A DNA stretch of 39,791 bases from a virus (lineage: Duplodnaviria > Caudoviricetes). Positions 8,329-16,241 of this stretch are shown piece by piece. The stretch is taken from positions 1-39,791 of the IMG/VR virus record IMGVR_UViG_3300037419_001000. One strand, 5' to 3'. The notes under the pieces were generated by a model. The model was given only the letters and a program-made list of their open reading frames with translations. It searched no databases and was not told the DNA's origin. The stretch's first letter is position 1. Each line of letters starts with the position of its first letter. The translations under genes and the position numbers were made by a program.

Positions 8329-8491
8329 TGTCAAACCGTTTTGGCTAACCTCGCGCAAGTGCCTGAAAACACTAGCGGGTGGTGACCCCTACGGTGTCAC
8401 GGAAAGCCAGCGTTTTCAACGCATGGAGCTGTCTAACCATGCCCTTCAAGCCCCATCGCGGCGTGAAGGAACCGAGGGTGGCTGTCTAACC
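8329..8491. other. attP: tRNA-3'-end core with flanking arm-type repeats
   Basis: Core TGGTGACCCCTACGG 8380-8394 is the reverse complement of CCGTAGGGGTCACCA (tRNA 3' end with CCA, most like alphaproteobacterial tRNA-Glu). Four TG(T/G)C(T/A)AACC repeats at 8329, 8342, 8430, 8483. Inverted TGAAAAC/GTTTTCA at 8364/8412. Confidence 0.8.
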
Positions 8492-8518
8492 TATCACAGG
8501 AACAAATGATGGTAGAGC
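8486..8518 (+). repeat. 33-bp perfect direct repeat, copy 1
   Basis: CTAACCTATCACAGGAACAAATGATGGTAGAGC, identical to 9321-9353. Confidence 0.95.
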
Positions 8519-8523
8519 TGTGA

Positions 8524-8976
8524 ATGGATTTCGTGCCGCTCCCTTATGTGCGCGACCTCATGGAGAAGAACTATGAGGCGGTCGGCTTCATCCCCGCTCC
8601 GAGGCTCGAAGAATACGCCCAGCGCGGCCAAGTCCTCATGCAATATGAGAACGGCGAACCGTGCGGATACCTCGCCTTCGGGAATGGCTGGCCGGTTCTC
8701 AAGGTCTATCAGTGCTGCATCCAAGTTGACGCGCGCAGAGCCGCCCAAGCCACAGCGCTTGTCAATCGGCTCATCGACATCGCCCGAGAGCGCAACTGCG
8801 TCGCTATCTCGCTGTGGTGCGCAGACGACCTCGAAAGCAACGGCTTCTGGCAAGCGATGGGCTTCCACTTTGGCGGACAGCGCGAGGGCGGTCAGAAACG
8901 CGGTCGAATGCACAACAAATGGGTGCTGTTCGTGACCGGCGGCGCGCAACTTCAACTGTTCGGAGAGGCCGCATGA
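8524..8976 (+). CDS. GNAT-family N-acetyltransferase
   Basis: GYLAFG, VYQCCIQVDARRAAQATALV (degenerate motif A), SNGFWQAMGF (motif B). Confidence 0.85.
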   Translation: MDFVPLPYVRDLMEKNYEAVGFIPAPRLEEYAQRGQVLMQYENGEPCGYLAFGNGWPVLKVYQCCIQVDARRAAQATALVNRLIDIARERNCVAISLWCADDLESNGFWQAMGFHFGGQREGGQKRGRMHNKWVLFVTGGAQLQLFGEAA

Positions 8977-9164
8977 TGGGCGAGATCATCATTTATCGTG
9001 GCTGGGAGATCGACCGTTACCGCAAGCCTGATCGCTGCTTCTACGCTTACGCTCCGGACTATGACGGACTTACGCCTAGCGACACTCAATGCGCGCCGAC
9101 GCTGCACGAACTTTGCGATTCGATTGACGATGTGATCTCGGAGCGATCCCGTGCTTTGCGTTAA
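8973..9164 (+). CDS. Small hypothetical protein
   Basis: ATGA overlap with GNAT; MMGEIIIYRGWEIDRY...APTLHELCDSIDD. Confidence 0.65.
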   Translation: MMGEIIIYRGWEIDRYRKPDRCFYAYAPDYDGLTPSDTQCAPTLHELCDSIDDVISERSRALR

Positions 9165-9324
9165 GTGCGGCAAGAACCCAGTGCATTGGGTCACAATGTC
9201 ATGGTGCGGGGATTGCACCGCGCAAGGGATCGAAGCCCGGCAGGGTGGAGACGTGAAACAGGCTCCACGCGAAGCGCGAGAGCCCGGTCCGAAGGATGCG
9301 CCCAAAGGAAGTAGCCATGCCTAA
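9151..9324 (+). CDS. Small CxxC/CxxC protein whose 3' half overlaps a structured element
   Basis: Hand-translated from GTG 9151 after GGAG: MLCVKCGKNPVHWVTMSWCGDCTAQGIEARQGGDVKQAPREAREPGPKDAPKGSSHA. Confidence 0.5.
   Translation: MLCVKCGKNPVHWVTMSWCGDCTAQGIEARQGGDVKQAPREAREPGPKDAPKGSSHA
9220..9301. other. Multi-hairpin structured element with GAA-triloop mini-hairpins
   Basis: GCGCA/TGCGC closing stem; GTGGAG/CTCCAC stem; CGC-GAA-GCG and TCC-GAA-GGA hairpins. Confidence 0.5.
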
Positions 9325-9997
9325 CCTATCACAGGAACAAATGATGGTAGAGCGAGTAGCGCGAGCGATCAGCGACGCCGCATGGAATGAAATGCGGGCG
9401 CAGGGTTTCAGCGGCGGATGGGACCATGATGAGCTTGGCCGCAAACTCGCCCAAGCCGCAATCGACGCAATCATCTCGACTGGCGATGATGCAGGGCTGG
9501 TGGAGCGGCTATGGCTGGCGACCAAGCACGGAGACGAGGAGCATCAGGCGTGGCTGCGCGATGCCTACACAGCGTTCTTCGCTGGCGAGCCGGTGCCGGA
9601 ACCGCGCGGGCAAGGACGCAAGGAGGCCGCGATCCTCTCCCTCACCGCCAGGAATAAGGCTCTTGAAGAGGCGCAGGGGGTCGCGTGGCTGGTTGAGTTT
9701 CCTCCGTCAGGCGATCACTATTCTGGCGGCAAGCGTGTCGGTCCTGCGCAGCCAACCACATGGGTCGCTGCTCTTATCCGCCCGGATCATGTCGGCACGA
9801 GGCGGACCAGCAATGCCAATGAGGCGCTTCGGTTCGCGCGCAAGGAAGATGCCGAGGGCTTCATATCGGCGTGGCTGCGCGATGACTACGGCACCCACAA
9901 AACTGCCTTCGCGTCCGAGCATATATGGCTGTCAGAGGCTGTAGCCCGCGCCGCTCTCAACCATCAGGACAATCGCCAGAACGGAGGTGGGGAATGA
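9317..9997 (+). CDS. Mosaic hypothetical phage protein
   Basis: AAGGA SD, ATG 9317. Recurrent phage modules MVERVARAI, LWLATKHGDEEHQAWL and ALRFARKEDAE. Confidence 0.75.
   Translation: MPNLSQEQMMVERVARAISDAAWNEMRAQGFSGGWDHDELGRKLAQAAIDAIISTGDDAGLVERLWLATKHGDEEHQAWLRDAYTAFFAGEPVPEPRGQGRKEAAILSLTARNKALEEAQGVAWLVEFPPSGDHYSGGKRVGPAQPTTWVAALIRPDHVGTRRTSNANEALRFARKEDAEGFISAWLRDDYGTHKTAFASEHIWLSEAVARAALNHQDNRQNGGGE
9321..9353 (+). repeat. 33-bp perfect direct repeat, copy 2
   Basis: Identical to 8486-8518; encodes the N-terminus NLSQEQMMVE of the 9317 ORF. Confidence 0.95.
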
Positions 9998-10134
9998 GCG
10001 CCCCGCGAATTTGTCGCATCTGTGGCGGCTATGTGAAGCAGCTTACACCCGGCAACGCGAAGCTCGTTCATAGACGGAATTGCCCGCGTCACCCGAAGAA
10101 TCGTCCCGCCCTCGCACAAAAGGACACCAACTAG
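9994..10134 (+). CDS. Small basic Cys/His protein
   Basis: GGAGG SD; MSAPRICRICGG...HRRNCPRHP. Confidence 0.55.
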   Translation: MSAPRICRICGGYVKQLTPGNAKLVHRRNCPRHPKNRPALAQKDTN

Positions 10135-10335
10135 ATGGAAGAAGCGCTGACCGCCGAAGAAGCTCAAGGCTCCAAAATGTTCAAAAGCCTCAAGCACGGA
10201 GCGATCTTCAAATGGATGGAGCTTGTGCAGCAGGATGCCCCGCAGGCGCGCATAGATGCTCAGTCGGACCTGATTACGCTCTTTGCCGCAACAGCGCGCA
10301 AGATCGAGGAAATCGAAGCTATGGAGTCCGCCTAG
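10135..10335 (+). CDS. Hypothetical protein
   Basis: 66 aa, AAGGA SD, TAG-ATG abutting on both sides. Confidence 0.6.
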   Translation: MEEALTAEEAQGSKMFKSLKHGAIFKWMELVQQDAPQARIDAQSDLITLFAATARKIEEIEAMESA

Positions 10336-10512
10336 ATGAGTAACGTATCAAGGGATGAGATGCGGCGCGTACCGCGATGGGGAGCCGTTCGCGCAGTCTC
10401 GATGCAGATGCGGAGGGACAGGCCCGACTTCTCCGAAGCAGAACTCAACGTCGCCCTGATGCGAGCTGGGTTTTTACTCATTCGGCCCGCGAGAAGCAAA
10501 AGGAATAGCTAA
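10336..10512 (+). CDS. Hypothetical 58-aa protein
   Basis: Hand-translated MSNVSRDEMRRVPRWGAVRAVSMQMRRDRPDFSEAELNVALMRAGFLLIRPARSKRNS; GGAG SD; TAATG coupling to the next ORF. Confidence 0.5.
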   Translation: MSNVSRDEMRRVPRWGAVRAVSMQMRRDRPDFSEAELNVALMRAGFLLIRPARSKRNS

Positions 10513-10676
10513 TGGAGACTGGCCCCCCGGCAACCTGTGCTGAAACCATAGATCGGCTAACGATCGCCCTGAAGCGCCGAACTGGCAGTGTTCCAGAGAA
10601 ATATCGGCTGATTCACGTTGACGACCTTGCGGTAGCGCTGCACTTCCTCAAGAATCCACCGAGCCGGAGGCGATAG
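10512..10676 (+). CDS. Hypothetical 54-aa protein
   Basis: Hand-translated METGPPATCAETIDRLTIALKRRTGSVPEKYRLIHVDDLAVALHFLKNPPSRRR; AAGGA SD. Confidence 0.5.
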   Translation: METGPPATCAETIDRLTIALKRRTGSVPEKYRLIHVDDLAVALHFLKNPPSRRR

Positions 10677-10703
10677 CCCTCCGCGCAACCAAGGAGAGTA
10701 AAG

Positions 10704-10859
10704 ATGCTACCGGATGAGGGGGCGAAATGGCCGAAGGAGCTGCGGGCGATCGAGGATTTGCCGTGGCCGGTGAGGGTTGTGTCTCGCGAGGAACTGGAGC
10801 GCATGTATCCGCGCGATAGCGTTGCCCGCCAAGAGGACGAAGACGCGAAGCCTGTTTAA
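10704..10859 (+). CDS. Hypothetical 51-aa protein, last gene of the rightward block
   Basis: AAGGAG SD; MLPDEGAKWPKELRAIEDLPWPVRVVSREELERMYPRDSVARQEDEDAKPV. Confidence 0.55.
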   Translation: MLPDEGAKWPKELRAIEDLPWPVRVVSREELERMYPRDSVARQEDEDAKPV

Positions 10860-10921
10860 ACGCCTTCAGGACGCGCGCGCACGCGCGACCTATCACGCGA
10901 GCCAAATCCCCGTTTCGGCGC

Positions 10922-11521
10922 TCAGTGAGGCTGTGGCGAAGCCTGTGGGCCATTTACGTCGATCACGTGCTGCGCCTTCACCCATTTGATGAGCTCGTCG
11001 AGCTGGATCGCCTGCTCGGTCGCGATCAGCCTGTCGGAGTCTGAAAGTCCGTCTTGACCGGAACCTTCAGTAGTTCCGCCGGCGGGAGCGGGTAGGCCGG
11101 ACACTGGCGCCGTTCCGCCACGACCGGGATTGGCTGCGGGTGCTGGTCGCCGCACGCGCTCAGCAGCACGAGCGCGAGCATCGGCAATGCGCGCTTCATA
11201 GGATGATCCTCTCTCTTGACTGATGGCGGATTGCTCGCCTTCGACGCGGGTCTTGTTGGCGGCGTCGGATGCTCGAGCAGCCTCGGTCTTCGCTTTGACG
11301 GCGTTCAGCGCCTCGCCGAGGAAGCCGATTTGCGCTGCCGTTTCGTCGCACCGCAGCTTCTTGAGGCCGGAGGCCGTGCGAGCGGCTTGGCAGTCGGCCG
11401 CGTGGAAAGCCTCTGCGACATGGGCGCGGTGCATCCATCGCCCTCGATCGGCGACAAGGCTGAGGATGAAAAGGGCGGCCACTAGCCCGCCGATGAGTTT
11501 CAATGTTCCGAGGCTAGGCAT
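10922..11521 (-). CDS. Inner-membrane spanin (Rz-like)
   Basis: N-terminal TM, Ala-rich coiled coil, last gene of the lysis cassette, contains an embedded lipoprotein gene. Confidence 0.85.
   Translation of the reverse strand: MPSLGTLKLIGGLVAALFILSLVADRGRWMHRAHVAEAFHAADCQAARTASGLKKLRCDETAAQIGFLGEALNAVKAKTEAARASDAANKTRVEGEQSAISQERGSSYEARIADARARAAERVRRPAPAANPGRGGTAPVSGLPAPAGGTTEGSGQDGLSDSDRLIATEQAIQLDELIKWVKAQHVIDVNGPQASPQPH
11026..11199 (-). CDS. Outer-membrane spanin (Rz1-like lipoprotein) embedded in Rz in another frame
   Basis: Not in the ORF track. MKRALPMLALVLLSA-CGDQHPQPIPVVAERRQCPAYPLPPAELLKVPVKTDFQTPTG: LSAC lipobox, Pro-rich, GAGAGG SD. Confidence 0.9.
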   Translation of the reverse strand: MKRALPMLALVLLSACGDQHPQPIPVVAERRQCPAYPLPPAELLKVPVKTDFQTPTG

Positions 11522-11730
11522 CAGCTCAGCTCCGCATTCAGCTTGGGGTTAAAGACATTGACCTTCGGCGGACGGATCGGCGAAGGCGTCTTGCAAATCC
11601 GGTAATCGCTCTGGACGAGCGGCAGGCCGGCGTTCGGGCGCTGGTGCTCACGGTTGAGCGTGGCGATGCACAGGAGCGCTACGCCGGCGAGACCCAGCCA
11701 GACCGCGAGACTGGCCGCCCGCAGGATCAT
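11521..11730 (-). CDS. Small single-TM protein in the lysis cassette
   Basis: MILRAASLAVWLGLAGVALLCIATL hydrophobic N-terminus; TGATG coupling to Rz. Confidence 0.55.
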   Translation of the reverse strand: MILRAASLAVWLGLAGVALLCIATLNREHQRPNAGLPLVQSDYRICKTPSPIRPPKVNVFNPKLNAELS

Positions 11731-11731
11731 G

Positions 11732-11857
11732 TCAGGCCGCGACCAGCAGGACGAAGAAGACCAAGCCGATGGCGATTCCCTTGCCCTGATCGGCGCCGGC
11801 CGCAGCCAGGACGAAGCAGAGGATCGCGAGCAGCGCGAAGATCAGATGCAGGTTCAT
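11732..11857 (-). CDS. 41-aa two-TM membrane peptide in the lysis cassette
   Basis: AAGGA SD; MNLHLIFALLAILCFVLAAAGADQGKGIAIGLVFFVLLVAA. Confidence 0.65.
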   Translation of the reverse strand: MNLHLIFALLAILCFVLAAAGADQGKGIAIGLVFFVLLVAA

Positions 11858-11859
11858 GG

Positions 11860-12372
11860 TTAGGTTCCTTTCAGGCAGAGGTTGCGTTCGGCGACGCGCC
11901 GGCGCTCGAGGCCGCGAAGGGTGACGCGCTGGCCTTTGACGACGGCGGTTGCGCGCCAGCCGAGGAAGAGGTCGCAGCCGCGCTTCCAGTCCCCGGCATT
12001 GAAGGCGCGGGCCATGCGGGAATTGCAAAAGCCGCGGATTCCGGCGTTGTAGGAGGCGTCGATCGAGGCCGCGAAAGCATAGCGCCGTTTCTCGTCGGCA
12101 AAGCCCGGAACGCATTTGGCGATAGCGGGCGCGTAATTCGCCGCCTCCCGGTTCTGGAGCAGGCCTTCGCACTCGGCCTCCGTGTATGAGCGCATTTCGC
12201 GCTCGGTCTCGCCGTAGCAGACGGTCAGGATGTGGGCGGGGTCATAATAGGGCTTCGTCCGCAGACCCTCGAAGGAAGCGGTCAGGGGCGCAGCAATGAC
12301 GACGGCCGCACCGATGGCGGCGCCGATCTTCTGGTTGCGCGTAAGCGACGGCTGTGGAGGCTTACTTGCCAC
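11860..12372 (-). CDS. GH24 phage lysozyme, SAR-type endolysin
   Basis: Gly/Ala-rich N-terminal anchor IGAAIGAAVVIAAPL; catalytic E-x8-D-x5-T (EGLRTKPYYDPAHILT); YNAG; GLERRR..ERNLC. Confidence 0.93.
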   Translation of the reverse strand: MASKPPQPSLTRNQKIGAAIGAAVVIAAPLTASFEGLRTKPYYDPAHILTVCYGETEREMRSYTEAECEGLLQNREAANYAPAIAKCVPGFADEKRRYAFAASIDASYNAGIRGFCNSRMARAFNAGDWKRGCDLFLGWRATAVVKGQRVTLRGLERRRVAERNLCLKGT

Positions 12373-12607
12373 CGGGGACGCCCTTCTGAGCGAGCAGCCG
12401 GAAGCCGATCGAGGCGACGCACCACAAGCCAGCGACGATCGCGCGGACGGCGGGCGGGAACAGCCCCTGGACTGACGCCGGAAGCTCGGGGACCAGCGTC
12501 ATCAGCGGCAGGATGACGGCGCCGACGGCGCTCCATCTCACCGACCACCATTGCGTGGCGTACTGCCAATCGTCGACGAGATGCCTCTTGATGTCCTGCA
12601 GGATCAT
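12362..12607 (-). CDS. Holin (two TM helices)
   Basis: LVDDWQYATQWWSVRW pattern, 2 TMs, RLLAQ C-terminus, immediately upstream of the endolysin. Confidence 0.8.
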   Translation of the reverse strand: MILQDIKRHLVDDWQYATQWWSVRWSAVGAVILPLMTLVPELPASVQGLFPPAVRAIVAGLWCVASIGFRLLAQKGVPGGK

Positions 12608-13209
12608 TTCGCGACCCTCTCGTGGCGACCGATCCGTTCGCTGGCTTGGTCGATCGCCGTGAAATATCCGGAATAGGCGACGATCACGCCCCGGATGCGG
12701 CAGGGGAATCTGTGAACGGTCACTTCACATGGCCCGAGACCGGGAACGTCGAGTGAAGTAACTGCCCGAGCAGTTCCATCCGGTCGCTTGCTGGCATTGG
12801 CGTCGAGTCCCTGCAGGGTTCGGCAAAAGGCTTCCGGCCAGAAGTCTTCCTGCCGCCTGCCGATGACATCCCGGTGGGTTTGCCTGGCGGGCTCAAGGAA
12901 ACGCTCCTCGAAAGGCCGATTAACGAAGGCACAACGCCCCTCGACAATGAGCCAGTGAGGAAAGGGATCGAGATCGCGGGCTATACGCAGCCCGTTGATC
13001 TCGTTCTCCATGTTCGCCATTCGCTCGTCCTGGCGCTCGATATGCTCCCACGCCTCGTCGCGCTGCTGCTTCATCGCGCTAAGCACCGTGTCGAAATCCA
13101 CCCTGTTGGCGGCGCGCAATTGGATCTTGTGATTGAGGACGACCGCGACGAGGCCGCCGCCGAGAAGCGAGCTCGCCAGGCTGATGAGGGCGTAGGTGAT
13201 CGCGCTCAC
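12604..13209 (-). CDS. Membrane-anchored coiled-coil + PAS-domain protein
   Basis: N-terminal TM, heptad coil, then PFPHWL..EGRCAFVNRPFEERF...DVIGRRQEDFWPE (PAS_4-type signature) and VIVAYSGYFT. Confidence 0.8.
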   Translation of the reverse strand: MSAITYALISLASSLLGGGLVAVVLNHKIQLRAANRVDFDTVLSAMKQQRDEAWEHIERQDERMANMENEINGLRIARDLDPFPHWLIVEGRCAFVNRPFEERFLEPARQTHRDVIGRRQEDFWPEAFCRTLQGLDANASKRPDGTARAVTSLDVPGLGPCEVTVHRFPCRIRGVIVAYSGYFTAIDQASERIGRHERVAK

Positions 13210-16200
13210 TTCGGCGACCCTCTGGTGGTTGCAGCCGCCGATGCCACGGCAGCAATGCGCGCCATGATGAAGCGCGCCTTCTTGGCTCCGTAGGCCTTCT
13301 GCAGCGAGGCCACCGCCTGGTCCGCGCTATCCGCGTCGAGATAGACGCGCACGACGCGAGCGGCGTCCTCGCCGGTCATGCCGGGGATCGCCTCGACCGC
13401 ATGGGCCGCGACAAGATGCCCGGCGCCGCCGGTGGCCTTGTAGGCGAGCAGCTTCTTGCCGATCTGCCACCATTTCGCGGCCTGGTCGCCGGTCGCTCCG
13501 CTGGTCACGCGGTCGATCGTGTCGGCGACCTCGGCTTTCGCTCCCGCTCGGGACGCGAGCTTGGCGGCGGCTTCGTCGCCCATGACCATCGCATTGCGCG
13601 CTTGCTGGTTCGGTCCTTCGGCGAGCTGCCTTGCGGTTGAACCGCCGCCAGTGCCTGTTCCCGTGCCAGCGCGCGTCACCGCCGCTTCTCTCGCACCGGC
13701 AATCGCGAGCTGGCGGTTGCTCGGGCCTTCGCCGGAGCGATCATAGGCAGTCGCCGGCCCGTGATATTCCGGCTCGTTCGGAACGTCGGTGAACCGCGTG
13801 GCCGATTTCGCGAGCGCATCCATCTGTTCCGGGGCCTCGCCGAGGAAGTTGCGGCGCGCTGCGTCGAGCGCTTCCTTGGCCCGCATCCGCGATGCGTAAC
13901 GGGCATTCACCGGCGCATATTCGGGGAACTGCTCGGCAATCGCGCCACGAATGTCCCGCGACAGCCGCGACATTTCGACCTGGCCTTCGGAGCCGTCCGC
14001 GAGCTTTCCCGCAGTCCTGTCGAGCGCGGTGGCGATGTTGCGGGCGCTGTCGACGCTCAGGCCGATGCCCTTCGCATAAGCCCCGCGCGCGATCTCGGGC
14101 GCCGCGGTCAGCGTTTTGAGCTGCGGGATAAGGCCGCGCAGCTCGTTCCTCGTCTCGCTGCTGAGCGTGTGGCTGGCGAGCGCGTCGCGGATTGCGCCGG
14201 CTACCCGTTCATGCTCGAGATCGCCGGTCAGCTCGGGCGTCAGCGTCACCTGCTCGCCCTTGATCGGCGTGATCCCGCGCTCGAACTCGCTGCCCGCCAT
14301 GTCCTGGATGTCGGAAGCGATCTCGCGCGCCGGGCGCTGGACGAACGGTAGATGCTCCGGGCCGAGGTCGGAAATGGCCTGGTCGAAGTCGGTGGCGAGC
14401 GATTGCGGCAGCGCCTTGCGGAAGGCGGCAGCGGCTTGGTCCGCTGTGGCCCGTGCGGCAGGAGAGGAAGCTGCGGTGCGCGCGAGATAATCCTGCCCGC
14501 CGCGGCTGAGTCCAGCAGCTGCCGGAGCCTTAGCGCCCCGGGCAGTGAGGTCCGCGACCTTCGCCGTTGCTGCAGCGACGTCCTGCGTCGGCATCCGCTC
14601 GGCGGCGCGGGCGAGCGCGGCATTGGTCGCCAGCTGCTCGGGATCGCCGACCAACGGCGCCAGAATCAGGTTCTTGCCGCCGCGATAGCCGGACTGAGCG
14701 AGGCGCGAGCCGCCGCTGACGAGGCCGTGCGTTGCGCCAGCGACCGTGCTGCCAATCGCCGCATTGGTGAGGCGTGAGCCGATGTTCGGGTCGTCGCTGC
14801 CGAGGAAACCATAAAGGCCGCCGAGGCCGAGCGAGCGGCCGACGCCGCCACCACGGGCAACGGGATTGGCGAAAGCGCCGCCGAGGTTGCCGAGCAGGGT
14901 GGCCAGCGGATGCTCGGCAGCGAGCGCGTTGCGGCCCTGGATGATATCAGCTCGGGTCGGCCCCGCGCCGGTCAGGTCGTGGACCGCGCCGACGACATCG
15001 GGGACAGCGCCAAAGGTGGCTGCGTCACCAACGCCAACGGCGGCGGAAGCTGGTGCCGACGCGCTCACCTTGGCGCGAGCCTTTGCGAATCCCTCCAGCG
15101 GGACGTTCGAGCGCGGGTCGACGGTGAAGCCCTTGTATTTCCCGGTCGCGCGCATCTGGAGAAGCTGGCCGACGTTTGTGGTCGCCGGATCTACGCCGTT
15201 CTTCTGCATGAAGCCGATGATCTGCGCGTTGCTGACCGCTCCCTTGCCCCTGATCGGAGCGTTCAGATAAGCGGTTAGCGGCCCCGCGATCTTGGCAAGC
15301 TGCGGATTGATGACCGCTTTCTCGGTTCCGGACAGGCCCTCCGGATCGACACCGCGCAGGGCCGGCAGGGGGCTGCTGGCGGTAATCCCGTTGTCGCCGA
15401 CCCGAGTGCTGGAAGCGGGCTGCGCCTGGGCGCCGAACGTTAAGCGCAGGTTAGGATCCGCGATTGCCGCCGTGATCGATTTGATCGCCGCAGGATCGTC
15501 CGGGTCCATCCCGTAGAGGCGGGCGAGATGGCGGACGTAAATCTCCTGGGCGGTGTCTAGGCCCTGCCCTAGCGTCGACGCATCGGGCTGCGCGCCGCCC
15601 GACGGAGCAATATGGCCGCCCTGGTCGACGAAACCCAACGGCGCGAGCGCGTTCTGCAGGGCCTGCTGCTCGGACTGGTTGCGGGCGATCGAGCCGACGC
15701 CGCGCTTGCCCGTCTGCTCGTAGAGGGTGCGAATGCCGAGCTGGCGGAGGTCGCCGCTGATCTGCCCGAGCTTCGTCTGCAGGTTCGCGCGGTTCTGCCC
15801 AACGAGACCGCCGATCACGGGGATGTTTGATGCCGTCGCCGACAACGTGCCGGTGGCGAGCGGCTTGCCCGAGAGGTCGCGCGCTTCCCGGATGCTGTCG
15901 AGGACCGACCACGCATGGCTGATCGCGTTGCTGTCGCCGACCTTGAACGGCTGCGGGACGTCGCCGACCGTCTTGACGTTGCCGCTCGCGTCCATCGCCC
16001 ATGCTTTCGCCGGATCGAGAGTCGGGTTGGCGGCCACCTCATCGGCGGTGAGCACGTGCGGCTTGACGATGTTGGCCGTCTCGAGTTCGGTCTTCCTGGT
16101 GCTGGCGACCGTGTGTTGCCTCTCTTCCGGAGTCTGCGGCGTCGGTGTCTTCGGCGTGGGGACGAACCTCAAGCGCGGCGTAGCGGCGGGCGCTTCGCCA

Positions 16201-16241
16201 ACGACAGGATCATTGTCCCAAGGGTTAGCCTGCTGCATCAC
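13206..16241 (-). CDS. Large internal virion / DNA ejection protein
   Basis: 1011 aa, Ala/Gly-rich helical, NPWDNDPVV N-terminus, last structural gene before lysis in a podovirus gene order. Confidence 0.75.
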   Translation of the reverse strand: MMQQANPWDNDPVVGEAPAATPRLRFVPTPKTPTPQTPEERQHTVASTRKTELETANIVKPHVLTADEVAANPTLDPAKAWAMDASGNVKTVGDVPQPFKVGDSNAISHAWSVLDSIREARDLSGKPLATGTLSATASNIPVIGGLVGQNRANLQTKLGQISGDLRQLGIRTLYEQTGKRGVGSIARNQSEQQALQNALAPLGFVDQGGHIAPSGGAQPDASTLGQGLDTAQEIYVRHLARLYGMDPDDPAAIKSITAAIADPNLRLTFGAQAQPASSTRVGDNGITASSPLPALRGVDPEGLSGTEKAVINPQLAKIAGPLTAYLNAPIRGKGAVSNAQIIGFMQKNGVDPATTNVGQLLQMRATGKYKGFTVDPRSNVPLEGFAKARAKVSASAPASAAVGVGDAATFGAVPDVVGAVHDLTGAGPTRADIIQGRNALAAEHPLATLLGNLGGAFANPVARGGGVGRSLGLGGLYGFLGSDDPNIGSRLTNAAIGSTVAGATHGLVSGGSRLAQSGYRGGKNLILAPLVGDPEQLATNAALARAAERMPTQDVAAATAKVADLTARGAKAPAAAGLSRGGQDYLARTAASSPAARATADQAAAAFRKALPQSLATDFDQAISDLGPEHLPFVQRPAREIASDIQDMAGSEFERGITPIKGEQVTLTPELTGDLEHERVAGAIRDALASHTLSSETRNELRGLIPQLKTLTAAPEIARGAYAKGIGLSVDSARNIATALDRTAGKLADGSEGQVEMSRLSRDIRGAIAEQFPEYAPVNARYASRMRAKEALDAARRNFLGEAPEQMDALAKSATRFTDVPNEPEYHGPATAYDRSGEGPSNRQLAIAGAREAAVTRAGTGTGTGGGSTARQLAEGPNQQARNAMVMGDEAAAKLASRAGAKAEVADTIDRVTSGATGDQAAKWWQIGKKLLAYKATGGAGHLVAAHAVEAIPGMTGEDAARVVRVYLDADSADQAVASLQKAYGAKKARFIMARIAAVASAAATTRGSPK

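Noticed and set aside
8380-8394. Possible tRNA gene
   Set aside because: Only 15 nt of a tRNA 3' end with no T-loop or cloverleaf; interpreted as the att core.
8500-8518. Alphaproteobacterial LexA box inside the 33-bp repeat
   Set aside because: Only one GAAC half site; there is no GAAC or GTAC at N7 spacing.
9955-9975. Degenerate third copy of the 33-bp repeat (CTCAACCATCAGGACAAT)
   Set aside because: Needs several gaps over a short length; not distinguishable from chance by eye.
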